In this document: positions 18,171 to 27,988 of the stretch, one piece after another
How positions within the stretch are numbered: position 1 is the first letter of the stretch
Layout of the letters: the number at the start of each line of letters is the position of its first letter
Assembly (NCBI GenBank): GCA_964413735.1
Contig: CAYPSS010000002.1
Span: forward strand, 80,261-144,260
DNA length: 64,000 bases
Direction: 5' to 3'
Source: an uncultured Gammaproteobacteria bacterium
GTDB lineage: Bacteria > Patescibacteriota > Patescibacteriia > UBA11705
The notes under the pieces: generated by a model
What the model was told of the DNA's origin: nothing
Seen by the model: the letters and a program-made list of their open reading frames with translations, nothing else
Databases searched by the model: none
Translations under genes and position numbers: made by a program

Positions 18171-19226
18171 CTATTTGACCATTTTATCTTCATTGGCCGA
18201 AGGTAATAAAATTTCCTGCAATAGATTATCATCGTCGAGTAAAGAGGTCAAACCGCGAATCGTACAAGTCGCCGGGTCATCGGCAATTCGCACCGGGATT
18301 TCCGTGGCTTTAGCAATTGCCTGATCAATTCCGCGCAAGGCCGCTCCACCACCAACCAAAACAATTCCCATTTCATAAATATCCGCCACCAATTCCGGCG
18401 GTGTGGTTTCCAAGGTAGCCTTGATATTATCAATAATCGTATTTATCGAACGTGATAAAGCTTCTCTGATTTGATAATCAGTGACAATGATTTGTCGTGG
18501 TAATCCGGTCAACAAGTCACGACCACGCATTTCCATTTTCAGATCTTCTCCCGTTTCATAAGCGGAACCGATTTTCTTTTTGATATTTTCCGCCACTCGA
18601 TCTCCAATCAACAAATTAAATTTCTCTCGAGAATACCGAACAATATCCTCATCCAAAGTTTTACCGGCCACAAAAAGCGACTTCCAATTTACCACACCGT
18701 TCAAAGACAAAACCGCAATTTCCGTTTTACCACCTCCCAAGTTGATAATCATTGAACCGGAAGCGTCTTGAATCGGTAAACGTGCACCAATCGCCGCCGC
18801 CATAATTTCTTCCACCAAATATACCTTACCGGCACCCGCCGCCAAAGTCGCATCTTCCACCGCCTTTTTTTCCACTTCCGTAACATCAAGCGGAATGCCA
18901 ATCACCACACTGGGCCTGGTAGTAAAATTGAAATTTTCCAAATATATTTTGTCAATAAAATGTTTCAAAAATTTTTCCGTCACTTCATAATCGGAAATAA
19001 TACCGTTAACAAGCGGATAAGCCAAAGAAATATAGCGTGGATTTTTACCAATCATTTTTTGCGCTTCATCACCAACAGCTAAAATCTGATCAAATTTATT
19101 ATTGATCGCCACAATTGATGGTTCCCGAATCACAATCCCCTTGTCTTGAATACTGACAATAGTGTTGGAGGTACCGAGATCAATCCCCACTTTTTTGGTT
19201 AAATTTTTGAAAAAATTCTTAAACAT
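18171..19226 (-). CDS. mreB: Actin-like rod shape-determining protein MreB
   Basis: GIDLGTSNT phosphate-1 motif and the actin/Hsp70 fold signatures. Typical MreB length of 351 aa. Confidence 0.9.
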   Translation of the reverse strand: MFKNFFKNLTKKVGIDLGTSNTIVSIQDKGIVIREPSIVAINNKFDQILAVGDEAQKMIGKNPRYISLAYPLVNGIISDYEVTEKFLKHFIDKIYLENFNFTTRPSVVIGIPLDVTEVEKKAVEDATLAAGAGKVYLVEEIMAAAIGARLPIQDASGSMIINLGGGKTEIAVLSLNGVVNWKSLFVAGKTLDEDIVRYSREKFNLLIGDRVAENIKKKIGSAYETGEDLKMEMRGRDLLTGLPRQIIVTDYQIREALSRSINTIIDNIKATLETTPPELVADIYEMGIVLVGGGAALRGIDQAIAKATEIPVRIADDPATCTIRGLTSLLDDDNLLQEILLPSANEDKMVK

Positions 19227-19228
19227 GA

Positions 19229-20533
19229 TTAAAATTCGTTTAATACTTCATCCAAGCTTTTATTTTGGTCATTTAATATCGCGATTGGTCGATTGATTTG
19301 ATTAATAATTTCCGTCAATGAAACAATTTTTGTTTCTGACTCATGACGATATTTAAATTCCACGCCATTTTGTTCAACGGTTTTATTACTAACCACCAAA
19401 CGAATAGGACAACCAATTAAATCACTATCAGAAAACTTTTCTCCGGCTCTAACATCTAAACGATCATCATATAAAACTTCAATATTATTTTCTTTTAATA
19501 ATTCATAAACCCTATCTGCCTGAACAGCATCTTCATTATTAGTAAACAAAGAAATTAAGTGCACACGAAAAGGCGCAATTTCTTCTGGCCAAATCATACC
19601 CTTATCATCATGATGCACCTCAACCACCGTCCCCATGACCCGACTAAGACCAATTCCATAACAACCCATAATAATAATTTTTTCTTTACCTTCCTCATCA
19701 GTTACAGTCAAATTAAGAGGTTTTGAATATGTTGTGTCCAAAGGAAAAATATTTCCCACTTCAATAGACTTGGCTGATTTTAACTTGGCGCCACACAAAG
19801 GACATTTATCACCAGCTTTAACTTTAGCAATTTCCTCATTTTGAGAAAATGAACATTCTGGACAATAAATAATTGTATCTTCACCTGTTTCACATAGAAC
19901 TTGAAATTCGTGAGTTAATTTTGTAGTAAAATCACCACCAGGCGCTTCGGTTATTCTGGCTTCCAAGCCGCAACGGTTATAAATTTTTGTATATGCTTGT
20001 TTTGAACGATTATAATAATTTTCAAAATCTTCTTCTGTTAAATGAAAACTATAAAGATCTTTCATAGAAAACTCACGTCCTCGCAACAAACCAGATTTAG
20101 CTCTCGGTTCATTCCGAAACTTATCTTGAATTTGATAAACAGCCAATGGTAAATCTTTATATGAGTTAACATATTTTGTTAAAATATCAGTTATCACTTC
20201 TTCATGAGTAGCCGCAATACCTATATCTGAATCACCACGACCCTTAAACTGAAACATTACTTCTGACAATTTTTCCCAACGACCAGTCTTGTCCCATAAT
20301 TCTTTTGGCTGCAAGGCAGGCATATAAACTTCCTGACCATCAATAGCATTTATTTCTTGGCGGATAATATTTTTTATTTTTTCCAAAACGCGAAAACCAA
20401 GCGGTAAATAACTGTAAACTCCAGCCATTAATTTATTAATAAAACCAGCTCTAATCAAAAGCTGGGCATTAATACTGGCCTCATCCTTAGGGGCTTGTTT
20501 TATTGTCTTGGTAAAAAGTTTTGATTGTCGCAT
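19229..20533 (-). CDS. proS: Prolyl-tRNA synthetase: short bacterial-like form without the INS editing domain, carrying a Cys4 zinc-ribbon insertion
   Basis: The N terminus MRQSKLFTKTIKQAPKDEASINAQLLIRAGF parallels bacterial ProRS. Class II motifs are present. The insertion reads CPECSFSQ...CPLCGAK. At 434 aa there is no room for the editing insertion. Confidence 0.8.
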   Translation of the reverse strand: MRQSKLFTKTIKQAPKDEASINAQLLIRAGFINKLMAGVYSYLPLGFRVLEKIKNIIRQEINAIDGQEVYMPALQPKELWDKTGRWEKLSEVMFQFKGRGDSDIGIAATHEEVITDILTKYVNSYKDLPLAVYQIQDKFRNEPRAKSGLLRGREFSMKDLYSFHLTEEDFENYYNRSKQAYTKIYNRCGLEARITEAPGGDFTTKLTHEFQVLCETGEDTIIYCPECSFSQNEEIAKVKAGDKCPLCGAKLKSAKSIEVGNIFPLDTTYSKPLNLTVTDEEGKEKIIIMGCYGIGLSRVMGTVVEVHHDDKGMIWPEEIAPFRVHLISLFTNNEDAVQADRVYELLKENNIEVLYDDRLDVRAGEKFSDSDLIGCPIRLVVSNKTVEQNGVEFKYRHESETKIVSLTEIINQINRPIAILNDQNKSLDEVLNEF

Positions 20534-20661
20534 AAATTAAAAACTTCTTGATTTAGATAATATTAATATTAACACAAAAATAAGATAATTTCAAATCCCA
20601 TTTTTTTACTAAAATATAATAAAAAACGGCGATTATTGCCTTAATTTTAATTTACTTTTTA

Positions 20662-21039
20662 TTACTTACGACGATATGACACGAAAAACAACTCTGTCAA
20701 AAAAGCCAAAATCACCAAAAAAATCGTATTCCACCAAAATAAAAACCGAAAACTTTGCATAATCAAAGCAATAATGATCATCATTGAAATAATCACCGCT
20801 TGTCTGGAAGATACATTCAACAATCGATGCCACAAATCGGTTTTTGAAAACGTAATGCGCAATAAAAATCCGAGCAACGAAAAAGTTCCAATCAAGGCAA
20901 ACAGCAAGCTAACATAAAAAAATAAAATCCCCGGTAACCCGGTATTGATCGGATTAATAAAAAACAATACGGACAGCCAAGCGCCCCAACACAAAAATGT
21001 GCATATGCCAATAACGATCAAATAAAATTTTAGTGACAT
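20662..21039 (-). CDS. Small integral membrane protein (4 predicted TM helices)
   Basis: Hydrophobic profile only. Confidence 0.4.
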   Translation of the reverse strand: MSLKFYLIVIGICTFLCWGAWLSVLFFINPINTGLPGILFFYVSLLFALIGTFSLLGFLLRITFSKTDLWHRLLNVSSRQAVIISMMIIIALIMQSFRFLFWWNTIFLVILAFLTELFFVSYRRK

Positions 21040-21062
21040 AGTTTAATCAATCTTCATTAACA

Positions 21063-21353
21063 TTATACCATGTATTGAATTTTAATAACAGTTTGCGGTC
21101 CGAATTTTTGATTCAAATCATTGATAAATTGTCGTTCATTCAAATGAATTTTATGCGCCATGGCCGAACTGCGACAAGCCACCGTTAAAATTTGATTTTT
21201 CAAATACTTAGCTTGGGCTTGATTACCAATCGCTTGGCCCCAATTACTTTTAATCAATTGATTAAAAAATTCCACAATCATGGCCGCTTGCACACTTTTC
21301 ATCATGGCGGAACGTCCCTTTTTATTACTGATCAAATCACCGATCTTATCCAT
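21063..21353 (-). CDS. DUF721/DciA-like small protein
   Basis: At 96 aa, MDKIGDLI...VACRSSAMAHKIHLNERQFINDLNQKFGPQTVIKIQY fits the DUF721 (DciA) pattern, including a final V-K-I-F-type strand. Confidence 0.4.
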   Translation of the reverse strand: MDKIGDLISNKKGRSAMMKSVQAAMIVEFFNQLIKSNWGQAIGNQAQAKYLKNQILTVACRSSAMAHKIHLNERQFINDLNQKFGPQTVIKIQYMV

Positions 21354-21362
21354 ATTAAGATG

Positions 21363-24332
21363 TTATATTTTACGAAACGGACAAATATCTCGAAATTCAC
21401 ATGTCGGACAAACAAATGGACCGGGAGTGGCGGTAAAATCGCCGTCCATAATCTTATTCATTCGATCCACCCATTTTGATTTCAAATTTTCAAGTTGTTT
21501 ATCCGTGCCCAAAAAACTAACCAATTTACCATTTGTTAAGTAATAATAAGTTAAGTTAATTGGTTTCAATTTCAATGATTTTTCTGTCGCCATTTGATAA
21601 AGCAACAATTGATCTTTATCATCAGACGACATTTTCTCATCTTTTGGTTTACCTGTTTTATAATCAATTATTTCCACACCACCTGACACATTATCAATTC
21701 GATCGATTCGACCGGTAATACGATAACCGTTCAATTCAAGCGAAAATGGCTGTTCCAAACATTTAACATCAGGATTTTGTTTTTGGAAATATTGGTAAAA
21801 AATTTTTAAAATTTTCTTTCCTTCTTCATAATACTTTTCTTTGATTTTCGGATCTTGATACCAATCATCACTCCAATTATTTTCATACATTTCATATAAT
21901 TGTGCCAATGAATTTTTGTTTTTTTTCTTAGAATCAGGTTGCAGTTCACCAAATAATTGAGCTTGTTCCAATTCTTTTTTTTCAAAAATAGACTCCACAA
22001 AATCTTTCAAAGTTTTATGGATCACATCACCAAAGGTAAAACTAGCCTTGCCAAAAGTTGGGATTTTCAGCACTCGCGCATAGTAAAACTGGCGTGGACA
22101 TCGAGCATACATATTAAGCGCGGAAAAACTAAATTTTTTCGGAATTGACAAAGTGATTTCTTCATTTGGTTGAACATTTTTAATTGCTTCGAAGTTCGCT
22201 TTTTTATTGTTATTCTTTTCTGCGGGAAAATACCCCATTTCAATTAAAAAGCGTGATATTTTTTTGGCTCGAGCTCCACCATAATCTGTGGCGGTAGTAA
22301 AAAACAAACCTTGTTTGGCGCGTGTCATCGCCACATAAAACAACCGTCGTTCTTCCTCTAGATGAAAATCTTCCTCAGTGGATAAATCTTCTCGCAACAA
22401 TGCCTCTGGAATAGTGATTGGATCATACCTTTCATCCGTAGGAAATTTACGATCCACCAAATTAACCATAAAAACATATTTGAATTCCAAGCCCTTGGAA
22501 CCGTGAACCGTCATCAATCGGACCATATCCGGTCCTTCATCTAATTCAAAACGTAAAGATCCGGTTTCACCGGCCTCCAATTCCATTTTCATCAAATTCA
22601 TGAATTCCGACAAACGCGCCATGGGATTGGCATTTTCAAAGCGCACGATTTTTTCCATTAACTGATTTAAATAACTAATTTGTGTCATCGTCTCTTTTTC
22701 AGCCAGTTGTGTTATATATTTCATATATCCGGACGAATACATAAAAGCAGTTAAAATTTCGCTAACTTTGTGATTTTTCACCATCAAGGAATCACTTTCA
22801 ATTTGCGCCAAAATTTTTCGTACTTGCACAATAGTTTCATCTTTTAATCCGGTAATGGAATTGATTTTTTGCATAGCCTCAAACAAGGATACTGTTTTCT
22901 TGCCAGCATAATGAACGATTCTTACAATATCAAAATGATCAATTTTCCAACATGGGAAATTCAAAACTTTGTACACCGCCGAACTTTCATGATAATCATC
23001 AAGTAGTTTGAAATAATTAAACACGTTCATAACCACTTCCTTGCTGTACAACCCACGCAAGGCCAAAAATTGATACGGAATTTCCGCGCGTTGCAAGGCT
23101 TGGGCAAACGGCTGGGCACTGTCATTGGCACGCACCAAAATCGCAAAATCGCTCCACTCCAAATGCAAATCATTTTGTTTTAATTGTAAAATTTTATTAA
23201 TCACTCCATTCACTTCATTTTCCGCCGTGTCAAATTGCAGATGTTCAACCGTTCCGGAGTAATTTGTTTGAGAAATTAATTTTTTATCGATTCTCAAAGT
23301 TGCTTCCAAACGATGAGGATTATTTTGCTTTATAAATTCATAGGCCTTGTCCAAAATCACCTGCGCGGAACGATAATTATTAATCAGAACAATTTCCTTG
23401 GAATCAGGAAAATCAAATTTGAATTGCATAATGTTTTCAATTGATGACCCGCGAAAACGATAAATACTTTGATCATCATCCCCCACCACCGTCAAATTAT
23501 TGGTTGGCAGAGATAACATTTTCACCAAAACATTTTGAACATAATTAGTATCTTGATATTCATCGACCAAAACATATTTGAATTTCTTTTGATAATATTT
23601 CAAAATTTGCGGTCGTTTTTCAAACAAATAAATCACATAATTGATCAAGTCGGCAAAATCAAGTGCGCTATTTTCCAAGAGTATTTGCTGATAAACTTCA
23701 AACGCTTTGGCCACCTCGCTTATTCGATTAATTTCCGTATTAATCAATTCTTGTTTTTCACTTTCATTAATGTCTGAATCAAAATCCATTTGCTTTATTA
23801 AATCATTTTTCTTTTTCGGATCATTCTTTAATTGTTTTGCATAACTTAAATAATCTGCCGGTTTGATTCCCTCATCTTTACAACGAGAAAAATGCTTTAA
23901 AAGCGCATGAATAAATTTGGTGGGGTTGCCCAGCGGCTGATAATAATCAAGAGCAAAACGATCCAAATTTTGACGAACCAAAAGCCAAGTTTCCGTTTCA
24001 TTTAACAGTTTATAATCCGGACTTAAACCAATATCCAGACAATGACGTTGCAATATTTTGTCACAAAATGAATGGAAAGTCATTATCCACAAGTCAACAT
24101 ATCCGTATGGCAATAATCGATCGACTCGTTCTTCCATTTCTTGGGCCGCTTTTTCCGTAAAAGTCAGAGCTAAAACCTCATCAGTCTTGGCTTTGTTTTC
24201 CATAATCAACCAAGCGATTCTCTCGGTAATCACTTTAGTTTTGCCGGTTCCGGCTCCGGCCACAATCAAAAGCGGGCCATCACCATGAGTAATCGCCTGC
24301 TTTTGCTCTTTGTTGCAATCCGAGATCGGCAT
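21363..24332 (-). CDS. UvrD/PcrA-family helicase fused to a C-terminal PD-(D/E)XK nuclease domain with a Cas4/AddB-like Cys cluster
   Basis: N-terminal Walker A LLIVAGAGTGKTKV and UvrD motifs. C-terminal YARCPRQFYY ... FVCPTCEFRDICPF matches the Cx(n)CxxCx5C Fe-S nuclease signature. Total length 989 aa. Confidence 0.75.
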   Translation of the reverse strand: MPISDCNKEQKQAITHGDGPLLIVAGAGTGKTKVITERIAWLIMENKAKTDEVLALTFTEKAAQEMEERVDRLLPYGYVDLWIMTFHSFCDKILQRHCLDIGLSPDYKLLNETETWLLVRQNLDRFALDYYQPLGNPTKFIHALLKHFSRCKDEGIKPADYLSYAKQLKNDPKKKNDLIKQMDFDSDINESEKQELINTEINRISEVAKAFEVYQQILLENSALDFADLINYVIYLFEKRPQILKYYQKKFKYVLVDEYQDTNYVQNVLVKMLSLPTNNLTVVGDDDQSIYRFRGSSIENIMQFKFDFPDSKEIVLINNYRSAQVILDKAYEFIKQNNPHRLEATLRIDKKLISQTNYSGTVEHLQFDTAENEVNGVINKILQLKQNDLHLEWSDFAILVRANDSAQPFAQALQRAEIPYQFLALRGLYSKEVVMNVFNYFKLLDDYHESSAVYKVLNFPCWKIDHFDIVRIVHYAGKKTVSLFEAMQKINSITGLKDETIVQVRKILAQIESDSLMVKNHKVSEILTAFMYSSGYMKYITQLAEKETMTQISYLNQLMEKIVRFENANPMARLSEFMNLMKMELEAGETGSLRFELDEGPDMVRLMTVHGSKGLEFKYVFMVNLVDRKFPTDERYDPITIPEALLREDLSTEEDFHLEEERRLFYVAMTRAKQGLFFTTATDYGGARAKKISRFLIEMGYFPAEKNNNKKANFEAIKNVQPNEEITLSIPKKFSFSALNMYARCPRQFYYARVLKIPTFGKASFTFGDVIHKTLKDFVESIFEKKELEQAQLFGELQPDSKKKNKNSLAQLYEMYENNWSDDWYQDPKIKEKYYEEGKKILKIFYQYFQKQNPDVKCLEQPFSLELNGYRITGRIDRIDNVSGGVEIIDYKTGKPKDEKMSSDDKDQLLLYQMATEKSLKLKPINLTYYYLTNGKLVSFLGTDKQLENLKSKWVDRMNKIMDGDFTATPGPFVCPTCEFRDICPFRKI

Positions 24333-24335
24333 AAT

Positions 24336-24482
24336 TATTTTAATAACTTTTCCAGTTGTTCATCAATTCTTCTTATTTTTTTTGCCAAATCAACACTCTC
24401 AATATGATCTGCAGCTCTTCTTTTTTTCTCTAAAACAACTTTCTCTTGCTCTGTTTTTAATCGTGATTCAAAAATTTTCATA
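24336..24482 (-). CDS. Possible small coiled-coil ORF (48 aa) between the hypothetical gene and the helicase
   Basis: MKIFESRLKTEQEKVVLEKKRRAADHIESVDLAKKIRRIDEQLEKLLK. It is tightly packed: its stop abuts the helicase start. Below the ORF-track size cutoff. Confidence 0.25.
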
Positions 24483-24490
24483 TTTAAATT

Positions 24491-25249
24491 TTACATTAAT
24501 TTACTTTTCACTACCGCCACCGCTCTTTCAAACTCCTCTCGATTAGCGCATTTGACAAATTGACGACTACCGAAAACCGGTCCACTCTTGGCGCGTCCTT
24601 GATCATCTTTTTCATCTGACCATGAAAAATTCTCTAAACCAAGAGAGTCTTCAAAAGTTCCAATAAAATAAATCCCATAATTTTCCGCATATTGCGTTCT
24701 AAATGGGAAACCGGCAATATAAGCACCTTGCATACATCCATCTTGAGTACCAAAAGGCACGCCATCTTTAACTTCAAATGAATGGGTCATTTTTTCAAAT
24801 TCCAATAAGGCCTGTTTTAATCTTTCCTCGTTATTTGTAATCAGTTTTTTAAAATCATTAATCTGTTGCATAAAGCGTTGGGCATCAATTTCTCCTTCAT
24901 CACAAATTGAACAAGCAGAGAGCCACCATATAGTTTCCGAATCAGGATCAGCCTGAGAAATTTCCCGGCGAATTTGCATCACCGCCTCTTTGCTGTAATT
25001 GGCATGCAACTTAGCGGACAACTCTTGTTTGTCACGTGGAATTAAATCAAGAGAACAAGCAATCCCCGCATCAAAACCCGGAGCTTTATCAATTAAATTT
25101 TTCGGAATTCTTTCAACCAATGATTCAGGAGAAATGTAAACCGGCCACTGACCAAGAGTGGCGACACGAGTAGCATTTTTGGCTACAACTTCCTTTATTT
25201 CCTCAATTGAGGTGTTTTTTTCTTGTTTATTAAAATCTTCGAATGACAT
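24491..25249 (-). CDS. Hypothetical protein (252 aa)
   Basis: ORF only. No motif recognised. Confidence 0.45.
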   Translation of the reverse strand: MSFEDFNKQEKNTSIEEIKEVVAKNATRVATLGQWPVYISPESLVERIPKNLIDKAPGFDAGIACSLDLIPRDKQELSAKLHANYSKEAVMQIRREISQADPDSETIWWLSACSICDEGEIDAQRFMQQINDFKKLITNNEERLKQALLEFEKMTHSFEVKDGVPFGTQDGCMQGAYIAGFPFRTQYAENYGIYFIGTFEDSLGLENFSWSDEKDDQGRAKSGPVFGSRQFVKCANREEFERAVAVVKSKLM

Positions 25250-25271
25250 ATGATAAATTTTACTTTATTCT

Positions 25272-25345
25272 TGGAGCGGGGCACGGGAATCGGACCCGCG
25301 ATTTATGCTTGGGAAGCACACGTATTACCACTATACTAGCCCCGC
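25272..25345 (-). tRNA. tRNA-Gly (anticodon CCC)
   Basis: Minus strand: GCGGGGC-TA-GTAT-AGTGGTA-ATAC-G-TGTGC-TTCCCAA-GCATA-AATC-GCGGG-TCCGATT-CCCGT-GCCCCGC-T-CCA. The acceptor stem is 7 bp, U8 is present, the D-loop carries GG, the discriminator is U, and CCA is encoded. The T-loop reads UCCGAUU, with C at position 55. Confidence 0.8.
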
Positions 25346-25411
25346 TCAATACCTTTTATTTTACCTGATTTTTATAAAAAAAACAAAGTGCTTATTTAAG
25401 CACTTTTCAAT

Positions 25412-25822
25412 TCAATCTACCGGCATCACATGCGGTTGATTTAAGGCATCAGGACGGATCAAATACAACATCACCTTTAACTTGGGGAATTTTCCTAAGA
25501 TTTTGCATCGGGCTTGAATCAGGTCATCATGATAAACTCGAACTTCATGCGCTCGATTTTCAAACGCCTGACTACCACCATAAGCGCCACAATCCATATG
25601 CGCAAATATATGTACTTCTTTTACTCCATGCAAATTAACGGCCAATTCAACATGATGCATAGCCAAAGATGAAGTTTCATCATCAACAAAATTCTTCTGC
25701 GTTCCGGCAATTGCCAGCAAATCATAGTTATGATTTAATCCTTGAGCATTCAGAAATTGACGAAGACAAGTTTGAAAACGAAAATCCATACATGCTACGA
25801 CCAATGCCGAACAACGATGCAT
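25412..25822 (-). CDS. Mini beta-carbonic-anhydrase-like protein, paralog 1
   Basis: CMDFR at the N terminus and HMDCGAYGG about 64 aa later reproduce the beta-CA Zn-ligand and catalytic-dyad pattern (CxDxR ... HxxCG) of Cab-type enzymes. It is only 136 aa. It is paralogous to 27989..28399. Confidence 0.5.
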   Translation of the reverse strand: MHRCSALVVACMDFRFQTCLRQFLNAQGLNHNYDLLAIAGTQKNFVDDETSSLAMHHVELAVNLHGVKEVHIFAHMDCGAYGGSQAFENRAHEVRVYHDDLIQARCKILGKFPKLKVMLYLIRPDALNQPHVMPVD

Positions 25823-25882
25823 TTCCCCTCCCCGAAAAAATCAAAGTGTCAACAGTTTATCATTGCCAATATATTTTGTCAA

Positions 25883-27886
25883 TCAATCTTTTTTGGCTTT
25901 ATTGACAGGCAAATCAAACCAAAATTCACTTCCCTGACCAATCTGTGATACGAAATCAAGCTGCCCTCCATGTAACTTTATAAAGTATTTGACAATAAAC
26001 AATCCCAATCCTGAGGCATCCGGCATCATCAACGAAGCATTTGATGCGCGGAAAAATCTAGTCCCAATATATTTTTGCTCATCAGGCGGGATTCCAATTC
26101 CCGTATCTTTGATTTTAAATACTATTTTATTGTTTTCCAATTTCAATTCCGTGATAATTTGACCTTTTTCCGGAGTGTAAATCAACGCATTGTGCAACAG
26201 TTTTTCAAAACACAATCGAATTTTGTCTTCATCAACCGATAACAACATCGGCAATTTAACGGGAGACTTTATGTCATCTAATTTAATTTTTTTATTTTCA
26301 ATTAAATCCTGTTGATTGACTTTCACCTCTTGCCAAATTTTTTCAAGTGAAACTTCCCCGGTTCTTAAATTGACCAATCGCCCTTGTTCAATATCCAAAG
26401 CTGTTAACAAATCACCGATTCGATTAATTACCTCCACATTAGCCACCAACGCATTTTGCAATGTCCCTTTTGAATTTACTTGTGATAATTTTTCCGGCTT
26501 ATCAAGTAAAGATTCCAAACTCCAGCGGATAGCATTCAGCGGTGTTCGTAATTGGTGCGAAACCACTTCAATAAATTTGGTTTTCAGAGCATCTAATTCT
26601 TTTTGTTGACGCTCCATTTTTTTTTGCTCGGAAATATTACGAATCACACAAACCACCACCGGACCGGTACTGTAATTAACAATGTTTCCCGCCAAACTGA
26701 TATCAATCAAACCATTGGCTTTACATTGCATTGTCAATTCTTGAGCAGACAGTTTTTCTTTCCTGGTGATTTTTGACATAATTTCCAGAAATTTCTTACG
26801 CTGATCAGATACAATAAAATCAATAAATGGCTGATTCATTAAACTTTTTTTCGTTCGACCACACAAATTCAACATTGCTTTATTAGCAAATTTCACTTTC
26901 AAATCTTTTAAGATCAACACGCCATCCTGCGCTTCATCCACCACCGCTTTATATTTTTCTTCACCGTTTCTAATTTGTTTAACTCGCTCGGCCACTTGTT
27001 TTTTCAATATTTGATTATAACCACGAATCAATATAATAACAATAGAAAATAATATCAAAATAATACCGAGAGTGATTAGTAAATATTTTAACCACAAAGG
27101 TATAATTTCAATTTTTTCCAAATCTTTACCAAAATATGATTGAATTAAACCATAATATATACTACTGCGATTATTTTTCAATTGCTTCAAATGTTTATCC
27201 AATCCTTCTAATATTGGAAATTTAGTTGATTTTGATTGAGCAAATTTCAATTCTGAAGGATTAAACATAATATTGGTGCGATCCACCTTGTACAAATCCT
27301 CATTGGCCAAACCGAAATACCAACTTACCACTCCAACATCAGCTTGCTCATCGTTTAATAATTGAAATACTTGATCATATTGATTAACTCTAATAATTTC
27401 CGCCGTTAGTCCGAAAGAAGCTAACATGTTTTCCAGTCCGAGTGGCGCGGAATAATGAATACTGGCATCCAAAATAGCGATCTTTTTATCTTGTAAATCA
27501 GAAAAAGATTCCAGCGTCAGACCTTGACGAGTATACATAACCCCCCAACTGATTAAAACCGTTTCTTGATTAAAATCATACTTTTCTTGTCGCTCTTCGG
27601 AAAAAGCCACATCAACCATCAGATCAATATCACCGTTTTCCAATTTTTTCAAATTATTATCCCAAGTATCATAAACAAATTCAATATTCCATTTTTCTTG
27701 CTTGGCAATGTAAGAAATTAAATCCGCCCAAAAGCCCTTGATCTCAAAATTTTGATCCCGATAAATCTTCGGGAAATTATCATAAACCCCCACCCTGATA
27801 ATCGATTGATTATTTTCTTGCGCCATTGTTTTTCCAATACCCAGAAACATGACACCGATTATCAACAAAATAAAAAATTTTTTCAT
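25883..27886 (-). CDS. Sensor histidine kinase with a periplasmic solute-binding (SBP_bac_3-like) domain, TM, PAS, HisKA and HATPase_c
   Basis: Signal peptide, then a periplasmic domain (RVGVYDNFPKIYRDQ...), TM (LITLGIILILFSIVIILI), H-box VVSHQLRTPLNAIRWSL, and the N/G-box region IKDTGIGIP...SGLGLFIV. No response regulator gene is adjacent. Confidence 0.8.
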   Translation of the reverse strand: MKKFFILLIIGVMFLGIGKTMAQENNQSIIRVGVYDNFPKIYRDQNFEIKGFWADLISYIAKQEKWNIEFVYDTWDNNLKKLENGDIDLMVDVAFSEERQEKYDFNQETVLISWGVMYTRQGLTLESFSDLQDKKIAILDASIHYSAPLGLENMLASFGLTAEIIRVNQYDQVFQLLNDEQADVGVVSWYFGLANEDLYKVDRTNIMFNPSELKFAQSKSTKFPILEGLDKHLKQLKNNRSSIYYGLIQSYFGKDLEKIEIIPLWLKYLLITLGIILILFSIVIILIRGYNQILKKQVAERVKQIRNGEEKYKAVVDEAQDGVLILKDLKVKFANKAMLNLCGRTKKSLMNQPFIDFIVSDQRKKFLEIMSKITRKEKLSAQELTMQCKANGLIDISLAGNIVNYSTGPVVVCVIRNISEQKKMERQQKELDALKTKFIEVVSHQLRTPLNAIRWSLESLLDKPEKLSQVNSKGTLQNALVANVEVINRIGDLLTALDIEQGRLVNLRTGEVSLEKIWQEVKVNQQDLIENKKIKLDDIKSPVKLPMLLSVDEDKIRLCFEKLLHNALIYTPEKGQIITELKLENNKIVFKIKDTGIGIPPDEQKYIGTRFFRASNASLMMPDASGLGLFIVKYFIKLHGGQLDFVSQIGQGSEFWFDLPVNKAKKD

Positions 27887-27988
27887 ATATTTTATTTACC
27901 TTTTTATTATACACCCTGATTAAAAAACAAGCACGAACATATTTTCTCCAAATAAAAAATCGACTTTGATGCCGATTTTTTTTATTAT

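Noticed and set aside
24310-24546. ORF 24310..24546 (plus, 78 aa)
   Set aside because: It is antisense to the helicase start and to the 48-aa micro-ORF region. Its Phe/Leu-rich AT-driven composition is not credible.
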